NCBI GenBank assembly: GCA_013265495.1
Contig: MU058337.1
Location: 2,820,686-2,884,685, forward strand
Reading direction: 5' to 3'
Source: Vicugna vicugna
Lineage: Eukaryota
DNA length: 64,000 nt
In this document: piece after piece, positions 36,001 to 49,430 of the stretch
How positions within the stretch are numbered: position 1 is the stretch's first letter
Layout of the letters: each line of letters opens with the position of its first letter
Translations under genes and position numbers: made by a program
Notes under the pieces: generated by a model
What the model saw: the letters and a program-made list of their open reading frames with translations, nothing else
Database searches by the model: none
Told to the model about the DNA's origin: nothing

Positions 36001-36900
36001 TCAAATATTTTTCATGTGTAACTTTTATCCACATATGCAAGTACTTCTACTTAGGTATTACACTTGGGAGTATAATTATTAGATTATAGGATAAGCTTAT
36101 TTTCAACTTAGGGGATAATGTCAAACAGTATTTAAAAACGATTGTAACAATGGCAGCGTTCATCAGTAGAGGATGAAAACGGGAACTCCAGCTTCACTGC
36201 AGGCTCACCAAATGCGGCAAGACTTCGCAGCCTTGCAGACGCCCTGACAGCTGTGCAGCAGCGTTTCATCATGGTTTTCATGCGAATGTCCCTAGTGACT
36301 ACGGTGGCTGAGCACATTTTGGAATGCCTGTTGACCAGTTGGACTTCCTCTTTCTTTGAAGTGGCTGTCGGAGTTGTTTGTGCCATTTCTTACTGAGTTG
36401 TCTGTCTTCCTGAGGGTTCGGCGCTCTTTCTGTATTCTGAATGTGAGCAGCTTGCCATTTTTAGGTTCTAAAATGTCTTCTTTCACTCTATCATTTTAGT
36501 TTTCACTTTTCAAATGGTGTCTCTCAACGGCCAAAGGTTCTTAATTTTAAAATAATGAAGTCGACCTATCTTTTCCTTCAGGTTAGTGTGTTGTTGTTTT
36601 TGTCCTGTTAAACAGATCTTATTTGCCCTGACATCAGGAACGTATTAGCTCATATTTAGAACTACAACTCATTAGACTAGATTTTTTTTAATTAGATAGT
36701 GTTAAGGAAAAAATACTTTCTACTTTATTTTTCCATATGGATATCTAATTCTCCCACAGCAGCATATACTGAAAAGTTTGTTCTTTCACCCCGCTACTTT
36801 GCAGTGCGTATTTGTCATCAGTCAAAATGCAGAGGCATCTCTGGACCTTCACTTTGCTCTTTTGATTCAGTTGTCTATCTTCACACTAACACCACACTCC

Positions 36901-37026
36901 TTTTCTTTTTTTTTAATTGAGCTGTAGTCAGGTTACAGTGTTGTGTCAATTTCCAGTGCAGAGCACAATTTTTCAGTTATACACGAACATACTTACATTC
37001 ATTGTCACGTTCTTTTTCACTGTGAG
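36901..37026 (-). mobile_element. young truncated L1 3' end
   Basis: Poly-T then aattgagctgtagtcaggttacagtgttgtgtcaatttcc; cactcc is duplicated on both sides. Confidence 0.85.
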
Positions 37027-37531
37027 TGCACTCCCTTAATTATCATAGTATTGTAGTGAACATTCATACTCGGTATAGCACGTTCTTCCACTTTAATTTT
37101 CTTTAGGATTTTCTTTAGGATTTTCTTTGACTCATATGCATTTCAGAAGTAGCTTGTCATGGCTCATCAAAATACCAGTTGGAGTCTTGCTTAATTTATA
37201 TAATACATTTGGCAGAGTTGGTGTATTTACAACATCATCTTCCTTCCATGAACATGGCATGGCCTTTATCTAATTTAGGTAATCAATAATTGCTGTCGAT
37301 GACTAATACTTTCTTCTCAGTAGAAATATTACACAACTCTGTTGGGTCTGTTCCTAGCCATTTGTATTTTTGTTGATAGTGTAAATGGTATCTCTTGAAA
37401 ATTTTGCATTTACTAACTCTTAATGTTGCTATACAGAAATGCAAATGATTTTCTGATATTAATGTGTTTCTAAAAAACTTGCCAAAATCACTTATCAATT
37501 CTAATGGTTACCTGTAGTTGCTTTGGGATTT

Positions 37532-37686
37532 AAAAATATGTTTTTACATATTTATTTATTTTTACTTATTAATTTTGGGGGTAATTAGGTTTATTTTTTA
37601 ATTTATTTTGACAGAGGTACTGGGGATTGAATCCAGGACCTTCTGCGTGCTAAGCAGGTGCTCTACCACTGAGCTATATCCTCCCC
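37532..37686 (-). mobile_element. tRNA-derived SINE, camelid vic-1-like
   Basis: ggggattgaatccaggacc...tgctctaccactgagctatatcctcccc; imperfect TSD gttgctttgggattt / gtgactttggggctt. Confidence 0.9.
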
Positions 37687-39152
37687 GTGACTTTGGGGCT
37701 TTTTATGTAGAAAATTATGCTATCCATGAATAATTATGGTTTTATTATTTCTCTTTCAATCCTGATACTTTCTTCTTTTTGTTTTAACTTGCCTTACTGC
37801 ACTGATCAGGACAGAGGTGGTATCACTGTGATACTAGGTCTATTTCTCAAGTCAATTGCTTCAGAAGGAACAGTTTCAGCATCTCATCATTAAGTGTCAT
37901 GTTTGTGCTATTGTTTTAGATACTTTTTATGAGACTAAGAGCCTTCCATTTCCCCCTAGTTTGTAAAATATTCTATCAGGTGTATATGATAAATTTTTCA
38001 TTTTTTAAATATATTACAATGACCATATGACACTTCTCCTTTATGCTAATGATGAGAACAACTTGACTGATAGAATTTTTGAAAGTTAAACTACCCTTGA
38101 ATTGTTGAGAACAAAGCAACCTTACCATGATGTATTATGCTAGCTATAGGTTTCTGGAATTTGTTTGTTGTATTTTCTCTTCATTTTAAAAAATTATATT
38201 CATGAGTGAGTTTGGCCTTTACTTTCTCTACACTTGACATTCTTATCAAGTTTGGAATAATGGTTATTCTGACCTTTTAAAAATTAGAATTGATCCCTTA
38301 TAATTTGAGTTCTGAGAGAAATCAGATACTTGGTTATTTCTGCCTTATATATTTAGCAATTTCTCAGTGAAATTATCTGGATATGAGAAAGTTAATATTA
38401 ATATCTCACTTCCTTAAATAATTACATAATCATTTAGATGTTATGTTTCCTACTTATTTGATTTTACGAGTTACATATTTTTCAAGTAATTTTCTAATTT
38501 ATCCCATTTATTTGTATTTTTTTGCTATGAAGTTGTGCTTATATATTCTTACTATCCTTTTAATATTGCCAGTTTCTGTGATAATGTGCCACATTTTATC
38601 TGTCACCTGGGTCATTTTGTTCTTTCTCTCTTGTTTTCATTGTCTTCTTCAGGAATATACCAATGGTATTTATCTCTTCAAAGGATGTATTTTTGTTTCT
38701 TGGTATTTTTCAACTATGTAATTGCTTTCTGTTTCATAAATTTATATTTGTGTCATCATTTGCTTCTATTTTGGGATTTTCTTTCAATAACTTTAATGGA
38801 TGTTTAGTCCATTTGTTTTTAGTCTTCTTTAATTAATTCGTAACAAAATAGTTATACCACTAGGCTCAACTCAGTTTTATCGTAACAGGTTGATCATGAT
38901 ATTTATATAGCCATTCAGTTTGAAATGTTTTCTAATTTGTGTTTTGACTTTTATGTTTTCTTTATATACAATTTATAAATAAAAATACACACACCTTACA
39001 TTCAGATGTGCTTCATGGGTGTCCTATCACCAGCTTTTGAAAATGTGAAGTGTATTCTTGAAAAGAATGCATGATTTCAGGTTGTTGGGTTTGGTGTTCA
39101 TTGTATAATCATTACGTCAAACTTTTTGAAACTGTCATTTCATATAACTTCT

Positions 39153-39354
39153 TAGCACTGTCCAACAGTATTTCTGTGATGATGTAAATTTTCTGTATTC
39201 TAAACTGTCTATTTTTGGCAATCCTTAGTACATCTGCTAATAGAGAGTTTGAAATGTGGCCTCTGTAACTTAGAAACTAAATTTTTAAATTCATTTACAT
39301 TTAATTCTATATACCCACATGTGACTGAGTGGTTACCACGTTAGACTGGGGCAG
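39153..39354. mobile_element. MER3 hAT-Charlie MITE
   Basis: gcactgtccaacag...ttgaaatgtggc...ccacatgtgactgagtggttaccacgttagactggggcag. Confidence 0.85.
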
Positions 39355-39861
39355 TTCTGTACCTTTACTAAATTTTTCACTGTTTTTTCTAGTATTTTCA
39401 GTGAGAGGTAGGTTAAAATCACCCAGTACCACTGCTTACTTTACAGCTGCCCATTTTATTTTACGAATTCTGATGTCATTTTTAGGTGCATATAAATTGA
39501 GAACTATTATATTTTCCCTGTAAATTAATATTTTTAAATGTCAATTATCCCTCTTTATCTCTAGTAAATTTTCTGCATTATTTTTTTCTAAAGTTAACAC
39601 AACTTCCTCAGCTCCTCCTTATTAGTGTTTTTATGATTCCGCTTTGTCTAACATTTTATTCTCAACATTTCTACATCTTTGTTTTAGATGGCTCATAAAC
39701 AATATATACTTCTGTTTAATTTCATTGAGTCTGAATGTGTTCACTCAAAAGTGATAGCCTTTCATCGTTATATTCAGCATAAAGCTGTGGCTTTCTGTGG
39801 TTTTATTCCTGACAATTTCCTAGTTGATGATCTTGTTCATCATCACTTTCTTTTCTCTCTG

Positions 39862-39985
39862 TGCACACACCACACACCATGCACACACATACCACACACA
39901 CACACACCACATACCATGCACACACACACACACCACACACCATGCACACACACATAGCACACAGCACACACACATGCACACATAC
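39862..39985. repeat. imperfect (CA)n microsatellite
   Basis: Direct read; explains the His/Thr-rich ORFs. Confidence 0.95.
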
Positions 39986-41024
39986 TCATTTGCTATTTTA
40001 TTGCTAGAAATAAAAAATCCTTCTTAAACTTATCAGAAACTAAAGTGCATTTTAACTTTTGCCCTCTACACAGACAGTGTGAAGAACTTACCACACTAAT
40101 TACATTTGTCCTTGGCTCTACATATTTTTACTGTTGTTCTGTAGTGTATTCTTCGTAATAGTTCAAAACTCATAAAGCATTGCTATGATATTTTGCATTT
40201 CACGTTCAAGATTTACAAGCAAGATTTTTCATTTTCAGTTCACTCTACTTTTGTCTGCATCTCTCAAATTTAATCTCAGATTATGCTCCTTCTGCTTAAG
40301 GAAAACACCTCAGTTTTCCCCATTACTGTGGGTCTACTAGAGATAAATTCTCTCATTTCTCCTTGGTCTAACTTAAGTTTTTCTTCATTCTTAGAAGGCC
40401 CTCAACTAGGTATAGAATTTGAAGCCTGGAGTTAATCTCGTTCAACCACGTATCTCCGGCTTCTACCGTCCCTGCTGTGCAGCTAGCTGTAAGACTTACT
40501 CTGGCTCTTTGAAGGTCGTCTCTTTTCGGTTTGATTGCTTTTAACATTCTCTTCCTCTGTCTTGCTTCTTCCCTCCCTTTCTCTCTCTACAGTTTTACTC
40601 TACGTTTCTGAATATGAACTTTCCTCCTGTAAAAAAAAAAACTAATCTATGTTAGGGTTTGCAGGGCTTCTTGAATCTGTGAATTGATATTTTTCATTTG
40701 TTTTTGAAACTCTCATCCATTAATTCTCCAAATATTGCATCTGCTCCGCATCCTATTTTGCTTTCTTCAGGGGCTTCAAATAAGTCCCTTTTCTCGTTGC
40801 ATCCTTGTCTCTCCCCTCCCCTTTCTGTATGCATCATTTTGCCTTTAAATACTACGTTCTGGTTATTTTCTTTCTGGCTATTTTCCAGGTCATAGAACCT
40901 AATGTGCTATTTATCATATTTCTTTGGTTATAAATTATGGTTATCTTTTTTAAAATAAATTTTCTCTAATTTTGTTGTAAGGTTTTAAAAGTATCTGGTG
41001 CTTCTAAAAATTCTACTGTTTCAT

Positions 41025-41470
41025 TACTATTTTGCTGTATTAGACTTACAGAAAAGATGCAAAATTGGTCTCCATTTGCCCTTCATGCAAATTCCCCTTA
41101 TATTAACAGCTCACGTCACTACAGATCATTTATCAAAAGTAAAAAATTAACCTTAGTGTTATGGTATTAACTAAAGCAAAACACTGATTCATATTTCAGT
41201 ATTCTTTTCCACTGATGTTCCCTTTCTGTTCCAGGATCCAGTCCTAGAGCCTGCCCTATATTTACTTCTTAGGTATCCAGAATCTCCTCACGTCTGTGAC
41301 AGCTACTCAGTCTTGCCTTGTCTTTCAAGTCCCTGACACTTTTGGTGACTACAGATTCGTTACTTTGTAGAATGCCCCTCAGTTTGGGTTTGTCTGTTTT
41401 CTCACGACGACATTGAGGCTGTGCGTTATTGGGAAGCGTGCCCCTAGGGCATGTCGGCTCCCTCTTCACC
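41025..41470 (-). mobile_element. L1MC-type 3' end
   Basis: ttttctgttccaggatccag...cagtcttgccttgtctttc...tttgtagaatgcccctcagtttgggtttgtctg. Confidence 0.85.
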
Positions 41471-42659
41471 ATGAGCCTCGCCCAAGTACTGCCAATTGCC
41501 TGGATGCTCCTTCCCCCATGAGAACACAGGTCAAGGAGCTGACCCTGTTCCCCACAGCAGTAACTGCCAGGAGGTGGCACTGTTGTCAGTCTGGGAGGAT
41601 GGAGAGCACATCTCAGTCTGAAGGACGGAGGATGAGGTGGCCTGACAGTGCCAGCAGGGGTGGGCAACAGGAAATTCTTCCTCCCTTGCCCTTCACTCCA
41701 GGATTTGGTTTGACCGGTCACCCCCTGTGTACTGCCTGGTGCTCAGTCAATGGCCAGAACCAGAGGTCCCTTTCTTTATGGCCTCACAATACCTCCACGA
41801 TTCTGCCCTGAAGTGTCTGATGCCCCACCTCACCCTTGTGCCCACTCCCCACCAGACCGGATGCAGTGGAATCCAACAGAGACAAAAATTATGAGTCCTG
41901 CTCTTTCCCTAATTTCCCTAAGATACTCAGAACTTTTCTCCTTAAATTGGCTGAGGTTAACTAGAAGGTGGGAGGCACTGGGGGCATGAATGGAAATAGT
42001 GGCCCAGGCTCCATTATATTGCTTCTTTTCTATAAATGAATACAGTTTGTTCCAATCTTTCAGCTGAATCCTTTCTTGCCATAAAAAACAAAGTTGTGTG
42101 GGATATCAGGCAAAAACAGACAAAGAAGGAGCTGGATTTCAATCAAACCCCTCATGTTACTGCAGCAAAACAGCTATACATCACTTTCTCTTCTCCCCTC
42201 ACCTTCTCTCATCTCCTCAATTACAGGAAAACTCAACCACAGAGATACAAAATTACCAGTCACATATGCAATCCTGAACCGTGGCATAAAAATTCACTGG
42301 CAGATAGGATGTAACAGCAGATATAATAAATCATAAGGTTCTTTTTATAAATCTCACTTTAGAAGTTGGCCTATATTCTGGATTTGTCAGTTTGCACGTG
42401 GTTGTGCCCGATCTATAATTTCTCATGTGTATTTCACATTTCTTACTCTATCTCTTTATAGGAAATGAGTAGGTTAATGTATCAATTATGCTACAGCTGA
42501 TATGATAATTTCAGAAAGTCAATAGAATTTTTATTCATCCAGTATAGATCATTATTTTTTATTTAATTATCTCTCTTAAACTTTTTCCAAAAAAAAAAAA
42601 AAAAAACCCTGCAGGCTTGAATACTCTAAGTGCTTCAGTGACCTACAGAAACTCAAAGG

Positions 42660-43003
42660 TTGTTGAAGAGAAAAGGTCACTAAACTGAGAAGGGAAAAGA
42701 GTGAAGAAAAGTTTTAGTGGTTGAATGGATTAAGCTGAAATATTTGTTGAGGAAAGAGGTAAATTCATGTAGAAAGGAATTCAGAACTAAAATATCTCAG
42801 GAAACATTATGTAACTGAGAGTTTAGGAAGCTTTAGAAAACACTGTGTGAAAATATGTGTAATGCCATTTCTGGAATCATTTTAAAATTAGACTGGTCAA
42901 ATGTTCAAAAGGGTGATCTAAGAGGTAAAAAAGAGCTCTGAATTTTTGAAGAAATTAAGTGACCTGACAGGTCTTTTCTGCCTCTAACTTACAGGATTCC
43001 ATT
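42660..43003 (+). mobile_element. L3/CR1 3' fragment
   Basis: Ends gtgacctgacaggtcttttctgcctctaacttacaggattccat, a CR1/MIR3-type tail. Confidence 0.45.
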
Positions 43004-43264
43004 ATCTGCTCTATTTATATGATAACTCCACTAAAAAACAAAAAATAAACAAACACACACCCTGCATTGCATTAAATATCCTACACAACTTCAGCTGAAA
43101 ATAAAAGATGTGCAGAGTGTATAAACAGAGTCTATGCAGATGTTAGCCAGGAAAAATGTATCGAAATTAAAAAGCAGAAATAGGATATTCTAAGCACTGT
43201 AGTATTATACAAGAAAAGCAAAGTTCTAGGAACCTATATTAAAATGACGTTTGATCAAATATTG

Positions 43265-43393
43265 AATCAGGTTATTGTGCTAGCTCCATTCTTAACTAGT
43301 TATGTGAGCTCATTTTTAGATCTGTAACATGAGAAAATTGGATTACTTACTGCTGAGACCCTTTTAGATCTAACAGTAAAAATTCTGTGACTC
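43265..43393 (+). mobile_element. MIR3-like fragment
   Basis: cttaactagttatgtga...atctgtaacatgagaaaattggatta...aattctgtgactc. Confidence 0.55.
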
Positions 43394-44109
43394 AAGTTAT
43401 AATGTATAGTGTTGTGATGACAAAAGCGTTGCTATTTTTGAACAAATATTGAACTCTTTATGCTTTTTATCTGTAAAACTCACGATTGAAAAATTAAAAT
43501 TGCACTGCTGCAATAGAATATCTGAAGAGAAGGACTCCAATTTTTTTCCCCAAAGCAAAATGTCCAGGATTTTATTTCCTCAACAAATGGAATTTATTGG
43601 GACAGAGACATTTTTCCAATTGCAGTGCTGAAAAGTCTTCAGGAATTGCACCAAATACATCCTAATGCTTTGTGTTTGTTCACTTTTCTCCGTACTACAG
43701 GAACAACACTCCCTCTCTATGCTTTGTGTCCCCCGTCCTCTGGTCCAAATGCATTTCCAGTCTCTCTCTAGTATTTTCACACAACCAACCTCTCCTTTTC
43801 CATTTGTCCCTTTCTCTCACTAAGACTTTGTTTAGGTCTTTTATATCTTAATATTGAATAAAGTCTTTATTTAATAAAGATTTTCTTGTACTTGTGCCTC
43901 TTTTCAGCTATGATTTAATCTTATGTCTTGTTTTTTTCTATTTTTTGTTGTTGTTTTAAAAGGAGTCTGTATCCACTCTGCTTCATACTTCTGACTTCTA
44001 CAATCTTACTTACATATCAGTCATTACAATGAAATGGTCTTGTTCAATCTATAAAATAGCCACCTAAAGGTAATTCCCATAATCTCTTTAACTGTCCTGA
44101 ACTTTCCTA

Positions 44110-44650
44110 ACATTCATTTATAGGTGTCTGGGTACATATTGTGTTCAGTTTTAGGGCTGTAATTTTAAACAGTTCCTGCCCTCATCAAGTATATAATCTG
44201 AAAGAGACAGCTATGTTATTTAAACAATTGCACAATTAAATATAAGCTTTCTACTGTGATGAGTATTTTAAAGAAAAGGTCATAATTCTTTGAGAGAATA
44301 TAATAAAAGGATATAAAATTTTCTTTTGAATTAGAAATAGTATACTTGAAGTGACAGATCAGCTGAAAGACAGTGTCTAGAAAAGTCATTTTTAGCAGGG
44401 AATGAATTGTTCAGATTGAAATTATTTAGAAATGATTTTGAAGGCACTATGGAGAATCATAAACAAACAAAAAGAAAAAAAAAGATCAGACAGATATGAG
44501 TGAACCTTAGAAAAAAGCTATTATGCCCTCCAGTTGAGAGCTAATAGTAGCTTCACATAAAGTGCCTATTTGCTGAACAGAGAACTAAATGGATTAACTT
44601 GAAGCTATTCACAAAATAAAATTGAAAGTGTGATGGAAGATGAGAGGCAA
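44110..44650 (-). mobile_element. L2 3' region
   Basis: acagttcctgccctcatcaagtatataatctg and gctattatgccctccagttgagagctaatagtagctt match reverse L2. Confidence 0.65.
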
Positions 44651-44744
44651 ACAAATTCTATATTTCTGTGATTCCATATTTCTAACATCTATAGCTAAAC
44701 TCAGTGACATATGTGTTACAGAAAGAAGGATGGATGGAGGGAAG

Positions 44745-47272
44745 AAAGCTATAGATCAATATCTCTCATTAACATAGTTGCAAAAATCCCTAACAAAATA
44801 TAACCTAATTAAATATCCAGCAATCTATAAAAAGAATTATATATCCCAACCAAATACGATGTATCTCAGGTGTGCAAAGCTGGATCAATCTTCAGTAATC
44901 CATGAAAGTATTCCACTGCATCAAGAAGATAAAGAAGTAAAAAATGCAAAAAAAGCATTCAGCAAAATTCAACATCGATTCATGTTTAAAAATTCTCCAT
45001 AAATTAAGAATAAAATAAAACTTCTTCAGTTGATAAGGAATGTCTAAGGAAACTACAGCTAACATAGATCTTAAGGGTGGGAAATTTGATGCTTTTCTAG
45101 GAAGACCAAGAACAAGGTAAGGATGCCCTTTCCATCACTGCTTTTCAACATCTTATTGTAAATCCTAACTAATCAAAAAGACAAGGAAAGGAAATAAAAC
45201 GCATCCAGAAATTGAAGGAAGAAATAAAACTGGCTTTGCTGCAGGTGATGAGATCGTCTATGTGGAACATTCTAATGTGTGGACAAAAAAATTCTGATTT
45301 GCTAAAAAGCAATTATATTAAGTTTGAAAGGTAAAAGGTTACTATACAAAAGTCAATTGCTTTCCTATATGCCAATAATAAACAAGTAAAATTTTAAAAG
45401 CACAATATTATTTACTTTCACCTAAAAAATGAAATACTTGGGAATAAATCTAATAAGATATATGCAAGAAAACCTGCACAACTCTGATAAACACAATCAA
45501 AGAACTAAGTAAAAATAGAGGCATCCCATGTTCATGAATAGGAAGACTCAATATCATCAAGATGTCATTTATTTCTAACTTGATCTATAGATTCAATGCA
45601 ATTCTAATTAAAAAAAACCCCAGCAAATTATTTTATAGATATTATAAACTTATTCTACAGCTTATATAAGACCCAGAATAGCAAACACAATGTCAAAGGA
45701 GAACAAAGTTGGAGGACTGACACTATGTGACTTCAAGACTTACTACAAAACTAGGGTAACCAAGATAGTGTGGTATTGATGAAAGAACAGACAGACAGAG
45801 CAAAGGAACAGAAAATATCTTTGACAAAGGAGCAGTGCATGGGAAAAATAATTATCTTTTCAACAAATGGTGGTAAAAATACTTGGCACTCACATGCAAA
45901 AGATGAATTTAGATACAAACCTATACTCTTCACAACAATTAACTCAAAATGGATACTAGTCCTAAATGTAAACCACATACCTATGGAAACCCTAGAAGGT
46001 AACATGGGAGAAAACCTAGATGGGCTAGGTTTGACATGAATTTTCAGATGCAATACCAAAATCACAGTCTACAAAGAGATGGTTGGGAAGCTGAACTTCA
46101 ATAAAATTAAATATCTCTGCTCTGTGAAAGACACTGTACAGAGAATAAAAAGAGAAGTCACAGACTAGGAGAAAATATTTACCAAGGACAATCTGATAAA
46201 GAACTATATTCCAAAATATACAAATAATTCTTAAAACTTAATGATAAGAAAATAAACAACCAAATTTAAAAAATGGCCAGTGACCCTAACAAACATCTCA
46301 AAAAAGAAGATACACAGTTGGCTACCAAGCCTATGAGAAGATGCTCTACCTCATCTTTCAACAGTGGAATGGAAATTAAAACAATGAGATATCACTATAC
46401 ACCTATCAGAAAGGTCAAAATCCAGAACACTGACAACACCAAATGCTGATGAGGATGTAGAGGAACAGGAATTCTTATTCTTTGCTGATGGAAATGCAAA
46501 ATGATACAGCCATCTTGGAAGACAATGTGGCAGCTTCTTACAAAACTAAATACAGTCTTACCCTACTGTCCAACAATAACATTTTGTATTTACCCAAAAG
46601 AGTTAAAAACATATCCACACAAAACCTGCACATGGACATTTGTAACAACTTTATTCATAACTGCAAAAACTTGGGAGCAACAAGGGTGTCCTTCAGCAGG
46701 TAAATGGATAAATAAACTGTGATACATCCAGACAATGGAGTATTATCTAATGTTAAAGAGAAATGAACAATCAAGCTATGAAAAAACTCGGAGAAATCAA
46801 AAATACACATTCCTAAGTGAAAGAAGGCAATCTGAAAAGGCTACATAGTGTATAAATTCCAACGACAGGACATTCTGGGAAAGGTAAAACAAAGGGGATG
46901 GATCAGCAAAAAGATTAGTGGTTCCTAGTGGTTGAGGGGAAAGGGATCAATAGGAAACACAGAGGATTTTTAAAGCAGTGAAAAAACTCTACACGATACT
47001 ACAATGGTAGATGCATGTCATTATACATTCGTCCACACTCACAGAATGTACAACACCCAGAGTGAACCCTAATGGAAGCAGTGGAGTTTGGGTGATGGGG
47101 TGTGTCAATATAGGTTCATTGAATGTCCCAAAGGTTAGCTTCAGATGGAAGATGTTTTTAATGAGGAAGGCGGTGTTTGTGTGAGGGCAGAATATTTATA
47201 GGAAATCTCGGTACATTCTGCTCAATTTGCTTGACTATTAAATTGCCCTGAAACCAAGACTTTTAAAAAAAG
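44745..47272 (+). mobile_element. L1MC1/2-like LINE, ORF2 3' half and 3'UTR (defective)
   Basis: ORF2 remnants (ctatagatcaatatctctcattaacatag, aaagcattcagcaaaattcaacatc, ggaagactcaatatcatcaagatgtc) and an L1MC 3'UTR (gaatgtacaacacccagagtgaaccctaat) with an A tail. Confidence 0.95.
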
Positions 47273-49329
47273 TTAAATATATTAGAATGGATGGGGACCT
47301 GAGTAAAGAATTAAATATAATCAAGTGGTACTAATTCAGGGAAACGTATTAGAGGGCATGAAATTCATGGTGGTTTTGAAGATTGTGAACAGGAGTGGAC
47401 AAAGAATGGAGGGTTTTCTAGGTAAAGAGAGGGGCACAAGGAATATTCCTGCTTTTCTTCGCCCAACCCTCTGTCCATAATTTTACCCTTTAAAGGATAT
47501 CCTCTTGGAGAAGATAGAACATTAAGATAAAAGGAGTGTTGTAATTTTAAAAAAAAGTCACACAAATTAATGATAAATACTATATCAAGTAAGGAGAAAT
47601 ACTACTAAATATTGACCAAAATAAATCTGTATGCATATTAATATAACCAAAACCATTACCTCTACATCATTTGATAGTTGATTACAAATTCACCATGCAA
47701 ATCTTTGCTTTTCCTAGCTATACAATGCAAATCTAATTTAGACTTTTTTTTTATATTTGATGTCACTACTTATAAAATATCTGTGAGATGCAGATTTAGT
47801 GTCAAGAGGCTATATTAAAAGAAGTAAAATAATTAATATCTTGATTTTATTGAGGATTTAAATATTTTAAGTGCCCCTTTGTTTGTTAGAAAGCTGCAGT
47901 GTTTCCAGCGTGTTTTTGCAAAATAGAAATTACAATGAATGCTTCAATTAAGATTGTACTGATATTCAGAATCCTTTCGCTGCTTAACAGGAAGCTACTA
48001 TTAATTATGTTATTGTATTTCCCATTTAAGGCAGAAATGAATCCAATATATGTTCATATTTGTGCTGATTTTTTTCATAGATTTATGCAAACAAAACAAC
48101 ACCTGTTAAGGCTCTTATTAGATCTTTCTTAGTAGTATAAAGGTCTTATTTGCTTTTTAAATTTCTAAAATTAAAGCAATTAATTACATCACGAGGCTGG
48201 AAGGAATTTGCCATCATTGGAAGCTTTGAAAGAGAGTGTAAAATGTGTGAGCTTCAGGGACTCAGCATTTTTAATTCTCACTTCCGCTACCGACAGTGTT
48301 GCTTCAAACAGAGCCAAGCTCGTCATCAGTGATGCAGCTGGTGAACCTTTCCATCCTTAGAGGAGTTTTTCTTGTCATTTTCTTTGAAAATAAATGCTCA
48401 GATGATCTATCATGGATGAATATAAAGTGAGGGTCATTTTCTTCTGTTTAATAGAAGAGGTATGAAGCCATAAGACATTAATATAATATTTTTACAATTC
48501 CACTCTTTGTTTGGTACCATATGATTTCTCTTGAGAATACTTAAATGTTTGCATTCTGTCTTTCTTTAGAAAACTGCAACCATCCATTATAATATGATTC
48601 TAATCCAGCTCTGGTTCTTTTGAAAAATAATACGTAAGATACCTTTCAATGAAACGAATGCTTAGTTTATTAGCTATGTGTTTAGTTATCTTTTTAATGG
48701 GTTTTAAGAAGAAAGACTATGCACTGTATAAAACTCATTTTGATCCTGTTGGTTCAAATGGGTACTTTTTAATTCAGTGCTAATTAATAATTGAAAGTTT
48801 AAAGAGTAACTTTTACTTCTAAGAAATGTGTGACATGAAGTATATTCACATAAATACTTTCAAGCAAGTGCCCTGTGCTGCAGGGACCATATTAAAGAAA
48901 ACAAAGGCGCTCAGCAGATCCCTTTCATGCTGAGAGACATCCGAACCCCCATGGCCCTCAGAACAACTTTGCTGGTTGGTCCTTTGCAAATAAAAAATAT
49001 CTAGAGATGGGTCAGGGCACCACGACCCTGAAAGATTATCAACAACTCTCTTTCTGTGCTGCTTCTCCCTTGGTTTCTGACTCCAAAAGTCTTAAAAATA
49101 CAACTCATTTCCTTCCTCATGAATATGTAGACTAAAATAAAATCACCTGAACCCATTAGGTTGGACACCAGTAATTGTGACACTGTAAGAATATGGAATT
49201 TTACACCTTGCCAATATTTATACATAAAATTGGCTGAACAAGTTAACAATGTAAGCAAAATTGTCCCGATGAGATTATTTGAACTATGCAATGGAATCAA
49301 ATGGTTTTGATCATGCTCCAGGGAGTTCA

Positions 49330-49430
49330 GGATTTCTAGTCTCTGAAGACAGAAGTTATTGCCAGACCACATAGCTCATAGCTTCATTGTACATATAAAG
49401 AAACTAAACCCAGAGAGATTAACCAAAACT
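49330..49430 (-). mobile_element. MIR/MIR3 fragment
   Basis: cttcattgtacatataaagaaactaaacccagagagattaa. Confidence 0.5.

Larger units (their letters stand above)
35510..41000 (-). mobile_element. long old L1M (L1ME-like) element, 3'UTR, ORF2 and probably ORF1 remnants, with nested insertions
   Basis: T-rich antisense L1 text throughout (catcatggttttcatgcgaatgtccctagtgact, tttttgttgatagtgtaaatggtat, gatatgagaaagtt, gggtctactagagataaattctctc). Confidence 0.85.

Noticed and set aside
39688..40027. His/Thr-rich ORFs
   Set aside because: Translation of a CA microsatellite.
41269..41811. Longest ORFs (150 and 132 aa)
   Set aside because: They overlap an L1MC 3'UTR and adjacent GC-richer sequence; no splice or domain support.
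44745..47272. Active L1 ORF2
   Set aside because: 5'-truncated with many stops and frameshifts.
48550..48640. Possible plus-strand exon between ttctttag and gtaaga
   Set aside because: No coding signal and no partner exons; such site pairs are common in AT-rich introns.
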